Shown here: positions 20,763 through 31,249 of the stretch, in pieces
Layout of the letters: every line of letters starts with the position of its first letter
Position numbering within the stretch: position 1 is the first letter of the stretch
Source: a bacterium
GTDB taxonomy: Bacteria > UBA8248 > JACPRG01 > G963555815
DNA length: 64,000 bases
Assembly (NCBI GenBank): GCA_965261595.1
Contig: CBDHDG010000006.1
Location: forward strand, 1,440,001 to 1,504,000
Direction: 5' to 3'
Position numbers and translations under genes: made by a program
Notes under the pieces: generated by a model
The model's input: the letters and a program-made list of their open reading frames with translations, nothing else
Told to the model about the DNA's origin: nothing
Database searches by the model: none

Positions 20763-22443
20763 CCGGAATTTCCCATATCAAATCCGGACAGGCCTGTACC
20801 GACCCCTCGTTGCTATTTAACTCAATTAGACCCCTCTCTCCCGGACCTGTCAATCCCATTTCAGGTGCCTGAAACCCTAATCGGAGCGTTATCCACCATT
20901 GAAAATCATGCCACCCCTCCGGGTAGGCGAGCCTTCCCAGCAGGTCATCTGGAAGGGACAGAACATTCACCATTTTGTCCTCGGGTGGACTGCGCTGAGA
21001 GCGGTTAGACAGGTACGGGCCGCAATCGGTTGATTCGGTCCAGGATGATGGCGAACTCTTCCCTGGATACCGCTACTTCGGCCAATTGAAAGATGATCTG
21101 CCGGGCGTGCCGCACAATCCTCCCCCCCATTTTGATGAGCTTGACCTGGAGGCTTCGGAGCGACCAGTGCTTGAGCCCCCTGGGCAAGGCTAGCCTGCGC
21201 AGGAAATTGCCCAGGTTGTACGCCAGGACGAAGAGAAGGAGCCGCACCTGGTTGCACACGAACCGGTGACAGGAAAGGCGTGTCCAGTTCAGGGCGTACT
21301 TGCCGTCCTTGATCCATTGCTCGGCTGTGCCTCGCTGGTTGTAGAAGTGCACGACCCCCTCGGGTCGAGCCGTCAGGTTCGTGACAATGAATCCGACGCG
21401 AGGGAAGAGTTCGCCTGAGTGCCATTCCACCTTCGCCACGACCCGCCGGGAACGGTCCCAGCTTCCAGCCTGATACCGGAAGTCGTAATAGAAGATGATG
21501 GGTCTCTTGGGCGGGCGACCGACCGGGCGGGTGAGGAGGAAGTCGATCTCTCGCTGCACCACGTCGTTGGCGGGAAGGCGGATGGCGTAAAGGAAGCTGT
21601 GCGCTTCCAGGCACTCATAGACCTCCGGGCGCGCAAAGGCGGCATCGGCTCGGAAGTAACGGCGAACACCCGCCCGCTCATACCGGGCCGCGATGGGCGA
21701 AAGCAACTCGCGCCAGCCATCGGCGCTGTGCACGTTCCCCGGCCGCAACATCGCCCCCTCGCAGTCCCCGAACTGGTTGAAGCAGAATAAGGGATGGTAG
21801 CAGAGGGAACCGAAGTGACCGTTGTAGGCCGTACCTTCCTGCTCCCCATGGACGGGGCTTTCCGAGCTGTCCATGTCCAGGATGATTCGCTGATGGGGTG
21901 AGTGTGCCATGGTCCGGTCCACCCACTCCCGGTTCAGCTCGCTCCGGCCCCTTGAGATTCTCCTCCCTGGTGAGAACCTCGGTCTCGAACCGGCTCAGGG
22001 TGTTGGCGCCCGCCGCCTGCTTCTCAAGCGCTCGGCGGCCGACCACGGCTTGCATCGCGGGGTCCTGGGCCAACCGCTCGGCATCGTTGGTGTCTTCATA
22101 CCCTGCCAAGCGGCTATAGACCGACTGGCGCAATAGCGGCGCCAACTCATGCTGGATGTTCCGGCCATGACGGATCTCTTGCAATTGCACTGGCGCTCTC
22201 ACCGTCAAACCCAGCGCATCATCCAGCTCCCGGCAGGCCAGCAATCCCGCATCCGAAGTGATTCTGGTTCCGTGAAACTCAAGCCTCAGCCGACGGTCAA
22301 AACGGATCTTCAAAGCCCCCTTCTTCGCTTCACCCATTGGGTCCCCTCGCAAGATGATGGCAGGGAGAGGCCAACACCTTGATCTTACACGAGAAAACGG
22401 CATTCGGTCCGACAAAACTTATGATCCATATGGGAAATGCGGG
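20763..22443 (-). mobile_element. IS1380-family element (transposase 21005..22337, frameshift near 21950)
   Basis: ITSDAGLL, ILDMDSS, YNGHF...YHPL, RADAAF, YNQRGTAEQWIK; ends CCGGAATTTCCCATAT and ATATGGGAAATGCGGG; no TSD. Confidence 0.92.
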
Positions 22444-22785
22444 GTAATTGGAACGAGCCTGGTTGATGCGTGCCAGCGAAGGATAAAGGTTGTGCAGATC
22501 GGCTTCCATGAAGTTGAACCTCTGACTGTCTGTGCGGCACTGTCTTCTGGCCCCACATCCAAGATGTTTCGCCATCCAGGAAGCCGGGTAGACATGCTCG
22601 ACATTGAGGCCCCTCTTTGTTCTCCACCGCTTCCCGCAATAAATTGTCCAGCCGCCGTGCGGGTAGAGCTTTTTGTAAAAGAATTTGTCGCGGGCCGTGT
22701 TGTAGTTGCGGATTATGTTTTGTCCGGCGAAGGCGGGAACGGCGAACAGTGCAATTGCTGATACCCACGCTCCCAAGAATTTCAC
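22444..22785 (-). pseudogene. Secreted endonuclease I (EndA/Vvn-like), 3'-truncated by IS1380
   Basis: Signal peptide, TIYCG, VEHVYPAS, MEADLHNLYPS...NQARSNY, then IS sequence. Confidence 0.85.
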
Positions 22786-22899
22786 CGTCTGCCCTCCTTT
22801 ATTTCAGTCCGAAGGCCGAAGAGGGTGCTATTTTCTGGGAGTCGCCTTTTGGGGTTTCCATTTGGCAGCTAGTCTTTGCGCCTCGGCGACTTGCCTGGA

Positions 22900-24159
22900 T
22901 GGAGTTGACCCGGTTTGGTGGACACCTGATGATTTGGGGGTAAAGGAGGTGTTCACGATGCCACAGACTCACCCACGCTATCCAATGGAGTTCCGCTGCC
23001 AGATGGTAGAGTTGGTCCGGGCGGGACGCACGCCCGAGGCGCTGGCGCACGAGTTCGAGCCCTCGGCGCAGACGATCCGCACCTGGGCCCATCAAGCCGA
23101 CGTTGACGAGGGGCGTCGCAAAGACGGGCTCACGAGCGATGAGCGGGAGGAGTTGCGCCGACTTCGCCGCGAGAACCGACAGCTCCGCCAGGAGCGGGAG
23201 ATCTTAGCAAAAGCCGCGGCCTGGTTTGCTCGGGAAACCGATTCGATCCCGTCCGGATCTACGGGTTCGTGAGGGCGAACCAGGCCATGTATCGGACCGC
23301 CACCATGTGCCGGGTGCTGGGCGTCTCCTCCAGCGGCTACTACGCGTGGCGCAGGCGCGCGCCGTGTGCCCGCTCGTGTGCCGATCGGGCACTCACCAAA
23401 CGCATTCAGGCGATCCACGAGCGTTCTCGGGGGACTTACGGCGTGCCGCGCGTCCATGCCGAGTTGGAGGCTGAGGGAGTGCGTGTGGGCCGCAAGCGCG
23501 TCGCCAGGCTGATGCGTGGGGCGGGACTTGCGGGCGTCAGTCGGCGCAAGGGAGCGCGCACGACGCAGCGCCGGCAGGAGGCGCGGCCGGCCCCTGATCT
23601 GGTGGACCGCAACTTCACGGCCGAGGCCCCCGACCGGCTGTGGGTGGCCGACATCACCTACGTTCCGACATGGGCGGGGTTTTTGTATCTGGCCGTGGCG
23701 CTCGATGCGTTCAGCCGGCGCATCGTGGGGTGGTCGATGGCCACACACCTGCGGGCCGAGTTGGTGCTCGACGCGCTCGACATGGCGCTGTACAAGCGCC
23801 GTCCCCGGGCCGTCATCCACCACTCCGACCAGGGCACGCAGTACACCTCGGTCGCCTTTGGGCAGCGCTGCCGGCAGGCGGGCGGGCGTCCCTCCATGGG
23901 TTCGGTCGGGGACTGCTACGACAACGCGCTGTGTGAGAGCTTTTTCGCCACGCTGGAGTGCGAGCTCCTCGCTCGCCACACTTTCCGCACCCGGGCCGAG
24001 GCGCGCATGGAGGTGTTCGGGTTCATCGAGGGCTTCTACAACCCGCATCGTCGGCACTCCTCCATCGACAACCTGTCACCCGTTAACTACGAAAGGAGAC
24101 AACAACGCACACCCTGAAAACCCAAGTGCTTAACTCTCCACGAAACCGGGGTAAGTCCA
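22900..24159 (+). mobile_element. IS3-family element, apparently intact (orfA 22958..23272, orfB 23269..24117)
   Basis: TG...CA ends (TGGAGTTGACCCGGTTTGGTGGA and TCCACGAAACCGGGGTAAGTCCA), 3-bp TSD GGA; WVADITY, HHSDQG, DNALCESFF. Confidence 0.95.
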
Positions 24160-24230
24160 GGACAATATCCTCTTAGCAACTCGCTCACGAGAATTTAAAT
24201 ATCTTTTTTGTCTCTCGCCTGTCTCACGGG

Positions 24231-25673
24231 GAGCCTGTCCCATTCATAGTTGAAGGTTGAGAAAAAGAGGTGGCGGTTCACTCCTGCCGACTCGGTTAGA
24301 ATCGGGTTGGCAAACATTCAAAGAGGAGGAACCGCCATGAGTGAAGCTTACCAGATCATCGAGAAGAAAGAGACCCAAAGGTTGGCCGCCTTTGTGGCGG
24401 AGCATGGGCAGGCGTTTTTTCCTCTGGTGTCGCTGGTGGAGCAGTCCCAACTGGCGGTGGAGGACCTGATGGACGTCATGGGCCGGGCGGGCCTGGAGGC
24501 CGTGCTTTTGCTGTCGGCCAAGGGCTTGACGGGCGCGCCGCATCCAGGCAAGCGGGGTGGCGAGGTCCGCCGGCACGGCAGCCAGGGGGGCCGGGTGACC
24601 CTGAAGGGGCGCAAGCTGAAGGTGAGAAAGCCGCGGCTTCGCCGCCGGGGCCAGGGTCGGGGCGGGGAGGTGGAGGTGCTGGCGTATGCGGCCATGCAGG
24701 CCGACCCCGGGCTGGGGGAGCGGATGCTGGATTTGCTGATGCGAGGGGTCTCGACGCGGAACTACGCGGCCGTTCTTCCCGAGCTGGCCGAGACGGTGAG
24801 GGTGTCGAAGTCGGCCGTGAGCCGGGAGAGCATCGAGGCGGCCGAGGTGGAGCTGCGGCGTCTTTGTGAGCGGCGTTTTGACGACATCGACCTCCTCATC
24901 CTCTACCTGGACGGTCTGCGCTTCGGCGCGCATCACGTCATCGTGGCCGTTGGGGTGGACACACGGGGCCAAAAGCACGTTCTGGGCCTGAGGTCGGGCG
25001 CCACCGAGAACGCCACGGTCGTGACGGCGCTTCTTGAGGAGTTGGTGGAGCGCGGCGTGCGGCCCGGGCGGCGTCGGCTTTTCGTCATCGACGGCTCGAG
25101 GGCGCTTCGTGCGGCGATTGACCGGGTGTACGGGGACGACAATCCGGTGCAGCGGTGCCGCAACCACAAGGTGAAGAACGTGATGGACCACCTGCCCGAG
25201 GAGTTGAAGGACCCGGTGAAGGCGACGATGAAGGCGGCCTGGCGGCTGGCGCCGAAGGAGGGGATTGCCCGTCTGCGCAAGCAGGCCCGGTGGCTTTAGA
25301 TCGAGCATCCGGACGCGGCCGCCAGCCTTTTGGAGGGTCTGGAGGAGATCTTCACCGTCAACCGCTTGGCTCTTCCGCCCGGCCTTCGGCGCTGCCTGGT
25401 GAGCACGAACCTGATCGAGAGTCCCTGTTCGGGGGTGCGGATGCGCACCCGGCGCGTCGGCCGCTGGCGGGACGGGGCGATGGTGAAAAGGTGGGCCGCT
25501 TCCGCCTTCCTCGCCACCGAGAAGAACTTCCGTCGCCTGGACGGCTACCGGGACCTGTGGATCCTGAAGGCCGTTCTGGACGAGCCCCGCTTTGACACCC
25601 GAGAGGAGGTCGCATAAGGTGAACCACACACGGACCGCCGCCTCAAACCTTCAACTGAATTCGGGACACCCTC
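24231..25673 (+). mobile_element. IS256-family element; transposase 24337..25617 has an in-frame TAG at 25297
   Basis: TIRs GAGCCTGTCCCATTCATAGTTGAAGG and CCTTCAACTGAATTCGGGACACCCTC, 8-bp TSD CTCACGGG; LYLDG, VIDG, QRCRNHK, STNLIES. Confidence 0.93.
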
Positions 25674-26029
25674 CTCACGGGAGGCAGCGAGATTGAACCA
25701 CATGTGAGCCCGAACATAGTCTTTAGCCACGCCTATGCCCTGTTCGTACATAAAGCCGAGGCTGTGCTGGGCGGGGCCGAAGCCCTTCAGTGCGGACTTG
25801 CGATACCACTTAAACGCTTGAGTGTAATCTTTGGCTATGCCTCGTCCCTTGAAGTACATAACACCGAGATTGTGCTGGCCCAAGGCGTGGCCCTTCAGTG
25901 CAGACTTGCGATACCACTTCACCGCCTGAGCGTAGTCTCGGTCCACACCTCGGCCTTTATCGTACATAGCGCCGAGATTGGATTGCCCAAGGGCGTGGCC
26001 CTTCAGTGCGGCCTTTCGATACCACTTCA

Positions 26030-26638
26030 CCCAGATATTCCATATGGATCATAACTTTTGTCGGACCGGAGGACATTTTCTGGAGTAAAATCAATGCATG
26101 AGCCTCCCCGAGCCATCCTCTCGCGGGGTAATCCAATGGGTGAAGCGAAAAAGTGGGCGTTGAAGGTCCGTTTTGAGCGTCGGCTGAGGCTTGAGTTTCA
26201 CGGAACCAGAATGACTTCGGATGCGGGATTGCTGGCCTGCCGAGAGGGATCAAGCACTGGTCGTTACGCGGCCTTCAGCTTAAGCTCCTCAAAATGGGCG
26301 GCCGGCTCGTGCGGTACGCCCGCCACATCACCTTCCAGTTGGCCGAGGTCGGTGTATCCAGGAAGACATTTGCCCTTATCTTGGAGAGAATCAAGCGATG
26401 ATGCCCGGTGCCTGTCTAGCGACCCTAAGCGGAGTCCACACAAGGGCAAAATGACGAAGACTCCAAACCTGGTGGTCAAGCCCGTTTACACGCCGGCGCT
26501 GACATGGTTTTCCAATGGCGGATACCGCTCCGATCAGGGTTTCAGGCGCCCGAAATGGTGTTGACAGCCCCGGTAAAGAGGGCTCTAATTGAGTTAAAGA
26601 GCAACGGGTGGTCAATACAAGAGTTGTCTTGATTTAAA
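26030..26638 (+). mobile_element. Internally deleted IS1380 derivative (left end, transposase N- and C-terminal stubs, subterminal right region)
   Basis: MGEAKK...[11 protein letters not shown] joins directly to the KHWSLR...FQLAEV region; 26500-26635 matches the right-end region of IS1380 at 20775-20910 (reverse complement); terminal right IR missing. Confidence 0.85.
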
Positions 26639-28333
26639 CCGGGATTTCCCAGATGACCACTCTTAGCCATCCTGCGGTCCTCCTGTGTCATCAAAGTACC
26701 CCATTTTACTACAGATTCAGGGTCTCTTTGCAGAACCATCTGCTCAATCGAGGGGCAACGGCCGTCCTAAAGCCGCAATCCCTTGAAAACCCAGCTATAC
26801 CGGCACACTCAGGGGAGTTCGGCACAGACTGATCCCCCGTCTCCACCACGTCACTAAGCTTCCGGGCCATCTGCTCCGTCATCCGGTATCTGGTACGGGA
26901 GGCGGTAACCACAACCGTCGAATTCGTTCAAGGATTGCCCTGAACAGTTGACGCGGCACGGCCACCTCGGCCATCTGGAAGGTGGTGTGCCGGGCGTGGG
27001 TGACCACCTTGGCCCCAATCTTAATCAGCTTCTCGCGTAACGTCGTCAGCGACCAGTGCTTCACCGCTCTGGGCAACGCCAGCCGCCGCAGGAAGTTTGC
27101 CAGGTTGTACGCCAAGGCAAATAGTTGCAAGCGAACCTGGTTCTCTTCAAAGCCGTGGCAGGACAGGCGCGTCCAGTTCAGGGCGTACTTGCCCTCCTTG
27201 ATCCACTGCTCCGCCGTCCCACGCTGGTTGTAGAACCTCACGACGTTCTCTTCCCGCCAGTGCAGGTTGGTCACGATGAAGCTGACTCTTGGAAACAACT
27301 CGCCCTGGTGCCACTCGACCGCCACCACCACCCGGCGAGGCTTCTCCCAACTAGCCGCCTGATAGGAGACGCTGTGGTAGAAGATAATGGGCCTTTTGGG
27401 CGGTCGGCCAACCGGCCGGGTCAGAAGGCATTCGATGTCCCTGTACAAGATGGCGTTGGCCGGAAGCCGAATCGCATAGGAGTAGCCCTCCGCCTCAAGG
27501 TATCGGTACACCTCCGGCTTGGCAAATGCCGCGTCGCCTCGAAAAAACCGACAGACCTTCGCATCCCGGTAGCGAGCTACCACCGGCTCCAATACAGACC
27601 ACCAGTCATCAGCGCTGTGGACCTTGCCGTTGCGCAACAGCGCCCGCTCCAGATCGCCAAACTGGTTGAAGCAAAACAGTGGGTGATAGCAGGTGCAGCC
27701 GAAGTGGCCGTTGTAGGAAGAGCCTTCCTGCTCACCGTGGGTCGGGCTGACCGAACTGTCCATGTCCAGGATCAGCTTGCGAATCGGCTTGCGTTTGCGG
27801 ACACGATCCACCAACACACCGGGCAGACCGCTCAGCGCCTTGAGGGGTTAAGGGGCCGGGTGAGGGTCTGCGTCTCGAATCGGCTCATCTGGCTGGTGGA
27901 GGCAGCGGTGTGATACTTCGCTCGCCCCCCAACCACCTGACGCATGGCGGGATCGACACAGAGCCGCTCGGCATCATTGGTGTCTTTATATCCTGCCAGG
28001 CGGCTGTAGACCGACTGGCGCACCAAAGCGGTGAGGCTGTGCCGGGTGTTCCCGCCCGTCCGTGAATCGGACAGAAACCCCTCGGCCGCCTTCGTCAGCC
28101 CCAACACCTCATCCAGTTCACGATAGGCAAGCAAACCGGCGTCACTCGTAACCTTTGCTCCGTGAAACTCCAGCCTGAGCCGACCGTCGAATTGGAGCCT
28201 CAACGGCCTCTTTTTCGCTTCACCCATCGGGTCCCCTCGCAAGATGATGGCAGGGAGAGGACAACACCTTGATTTTACACGAGAAAACGGCCTTCGGGGC
28301 GTTAAAAATTATCATCCATATGGGAAATGCGGG
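26639..28333 (-). mobile_element. IS1380-family element (transposase 26879..28227, frameshift near 27830)
   Basis: Same motif set as the 20.8 kb copy but diverged; ends CCGGGATTTCCCAGAT and ATATGGGAAATGCGGG. Confidence 0.92.
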
Positions 28334-29346
28334 CTTCACCGCCTGAGCGTAGTCTCGGTCCACACCATGACCGTTTTCGTACATAGCGCCGAGATTGGTT
28401 TGAGCAGGGGCGTGGCCCTTCAGTGCAGACTTGCGATACCACTTCAGAGCCTGCAAGGGGTCTTGGGCCACGCTTTGGCCCGTGGCGTACATAACGCCGA
28501 GATTGTACTGGGCCAAGGCGTGGCCCTTCAGTGCGGCCTTGCCAAACCACTTCACCGCCTGCATGCGGGATTGGGCTACGCCCATTCCCTTGTCGTACAT
28601 AACGCCGAGACTGTACTGGGCAGAGGCGTGGCCTTGCAGTGCGGCCTTGCCAAACCACTTCATCGCCTGAGCGTAGTCTCGGGCCACGCCTTGGCCATTG
28701 GCGTACATAAGGCCGAGACTGAATTGGGCAGGGACGTGGCCTTGCAGTGCGGCCTTGCGATACCAGTTCACCGCTTGATCGATGTCTCGGGCCACGCCCA
28801 ATCCCTTGGCGAACAATGAACCGAGGTAGAATTGGGCAGAGACGTGGCCTTGCAGTGCAGCCTTGCGAAACCACCTCCCCGACTGGGAGAAGTCTCGGAC
28901 CACGCCCTGGCCTTTGGCGTACATAATGCCGAGGCTGAATTGGGCAGGGGCGTGGCCCTGCTTATCAAGCTTTTTAAATTCCTTCAGTGCCGTTTTAAAG
29001 TCACCACGTTTGTAAGCGGCTAAACCGGTAGCGAAGTCTGCACTGGCCGAGGTTGGAACGAGAAGCAGGGCTATAAGGGGAAGGAAAAGCAGTCTTTTTT
29101 TGATTACGCCCATTTCCTCGTACACCCACCGGTTTGAGGTCTCGAACGAACGGCTGTCAGCATATCAGAAGAAGGAGGCCGCCGGGAAGGTTGTCCCTTT
29201 TGTCCCTTCATCGGTGATCGTGCCTGATGGTTCAGGGGACAGACACCCTCTCAATGTGCCCTCATTCTCCCGTCAGCTTAGAAACCTGTTAAAATCCACC
29301 GTCAATCCGAAAAGAAACAGACCCCGCCCACCCGTAGGGGGCACGC

Positions 29347-29868
29347 ATGCGGTTTCGGCGAAGTGTCCTGATTGCCGCTTTGGTTTCAGTCCTTATTGAC
29401 CCCTCCCTGTTTGCCCAGACGCTGACGGTACGCGTCTCTCGTGGCAACGTCCGTGCCCAGCCAAGCAAATCCTCTCCAATCACCGGAAAGATTAACAAGG
29501 GCGAGGTCTACGACACAGAGGGCCACCAGGGCGACTGGTTCAAGATCCTGCTGGAGACGGGCCGGGAGGGCTGGGTCTTCAAGTCTCTCGTCGAGGTCTC
29601 GGGCAAGCGGACGATTGGCGTCGTGCCTTCGGGTCCCACCCCATCGGCCTCCCGTCCTTACGGCGACTCCTGGGCCATCGTTGTGGGGATCAACCGGTAT
29701 CGAAAACCGGCCAAGAGCCTTCGCCTCTACATCGATCGGGCAATCTACATGCTCAAACCTGCGTCCTACCGCTACTTTTCCCCGGTTGCCGGTCAATCTG
29801 ATGGGAACCGGATTATTGCAGATTTGATGCGGCCATCTGTATCTGAAAGTAGCGCGGTACACTCGTGA
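29347..29868 (+). pseudogene. SH3b-domain protein with the first strand of a caspase-like (C14) domain, fused to an unrelated C-terminus
   Basis: Signal peptide, GNVRAQPS...GDWFKI...GWV (SH3b), YGDSWAIVVGINRY; codon style changes at ~29700. Confidence 0.6.
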
Positions 29869-30530
29869 GCGTAATCAGACGGCATCTTGCGAGGGAGGGG
29901 GGCGCCCTTCCGGCCCCTTTCTACGAAGTCCGGCCACAGGTATTGCGTAGTGTCTTGCTTGCGCTTGAGAGAGCGGTGAGTATGACCGTAAGAGTTTTCG
30001 GCGAAGTGCTCCCTCTGGAGCCGAGATTCACGCGCTAGCTTGCGGTAGACTTCGAGAATGCGCGAGACGCTATGGCAAGCTCACCAAAATACGATATTAC
30101 GCATCAACCCAAGTTGCCGATCTTAAACGATGAAGGCGAAATTGTCAGATATCGCCGGCTCGATATTCGGGTCCTTTTCACCCGGCAGGTAGGTCGAAAA
30201 GGCGACTATTTATGCATTGAATGCAAATACCTTGATGTCACAGACCGTCGGAGCGATGCAGACTATGTAGACGAAGGGGTTGAACGCATTGTGTGTGGCG
30301 ACTACGCGGCGGGACACCCTTGGGCCATTATGGTTGGCTTGGAGCGTGTAGGTCCGGTAAATCTTTCTGCTTCTCATGTCAATGAGCGCCTGAAAACCCG
30401 TTATGGAGATGAATGCGGATTCAAGCCGACACCACGCGTCAGACTTGATAACGTTCGCGAGAGTGAACATCTGCAAACTGGAGGACCTCATCGAATTGCA
30501 ATTCTGCACGGGTTTTTTCTTCTAACATAA
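29865..30530 (+). pseudogene. PD-(D/E)xK-like protein with an in-frame TAG at 30036
   Basis: GTGA-coupled start in frame with ORF 30072..30530; RLDI...CIECKYL...YVDEGVERIVCGDY; lower GC. Confidence 0.55.
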
Positions 30531-30721
30531 GGCTGAACATCTGATCTCTCATGCGGCCGTGAGAAGTCAACACATTTGTCATTTGACCCTCAACCAGCGA
30601 AAAAATAATGGTCATCGAAAATGCACATTTATTTGCTTAGAAAAATTGGACGGAGTCACATAAATCTTCTAGATAGAGAAACTCGCGAAATGTAATATCG
30701 AGGGGCGGCAGTGAAAGGAAG

Positions 30722-30961
30722 AGAAAGGGGTCAAGTCTTTTGTTGATTGATTAGAGACTAAATCTTCTCTGCCCAGATTTTGAACCTTTTGTCTACCTTC
30801 ATTTCCCCCTTCACTTCATGCCACGACCGTCCCACCACTCCATACCTCCCGACGTCAAACACTTTGGCCGTCTGTTTCAACGTCAAATGGACGTGCCCTC
30901 GAAGTGTTTCATCGGAGGCGGGAATGACCGGGGGGACGTTGCGGGTATGACGGCGGGCCAT
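30722..30961 (-). mobile_element. Possible internally deleted RAYT/IS200-like remnant
   Basis: 67-aa ORF with MARRxxR start and an LTLKQTAKVFDVGRYGVV HTH-like tail; downstream AAGACTTGACCCC; no HUH core. Confidence 0.35.
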
Positions 30962-31249
30962 CGGGCTTCGTTTTCTTCGCGCGCGGAGAAATTGGGATGT
31001 CTCGGCTCCAAACGGCCTTGACGGCCCTGGGAGGAGGGGTGTTGAATCACTGCAACCGGGAAGATCGCGGTTCGCTTGCGTACGCTACATTCACACAGGA
31101 CGGTCCGGCGTGGTCTCTCCCCGGCGAAGAGGGGGGGAAGGGGGGAAATCGGTAGACGCGCCCGGCTCAGGGTCTACCGGGTGCAACCTTGCCGGTAGTC
31201 CCGCGTCGGGCGATTCCGGCATCAATGACGAGGTCTCAGGGAGAGAGAA

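Larger units (their letters stand above)
22828..29113 (-). pseudogene. Sel1-repeat (SLR) protein split into four pieces by insertions
   Basis: Pieces 28334-29113, 25674-26024, 24160-24222 and 22828-22896 join in frame: signal peptide, 36-aa repeats (AQxxLGxMYxxGxGV..D..QAxKWYRKAA), C-terminus ..QVAEAQRLAAKWKPQKATPRK*. Confidence 0.9.

Noticed and set aside
25297..25299. In-frame TAG codons (also 30036) as pyrrolysine
   Set aside because: They fall in a transposase and a decayed island gene, are one substitution from GAG/CAG, and no pyl context is present
28334..28960. 108-bp periodic repeats as a possible CRISPR array
   Set aside because: They encode 36-aa Sel1 repeats; no unique spacers and no cas genes
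18074..30960. Integron cassette array or prophage
   Set aside because: No integrase, no convincing attC sites, no phage structural genes
31133..31208. Functional tRNA-Leu
   Set aside because: Anticodon loop is 11 nt, and the T-arm and acceptor 3' strand are missing; kept only as a finding
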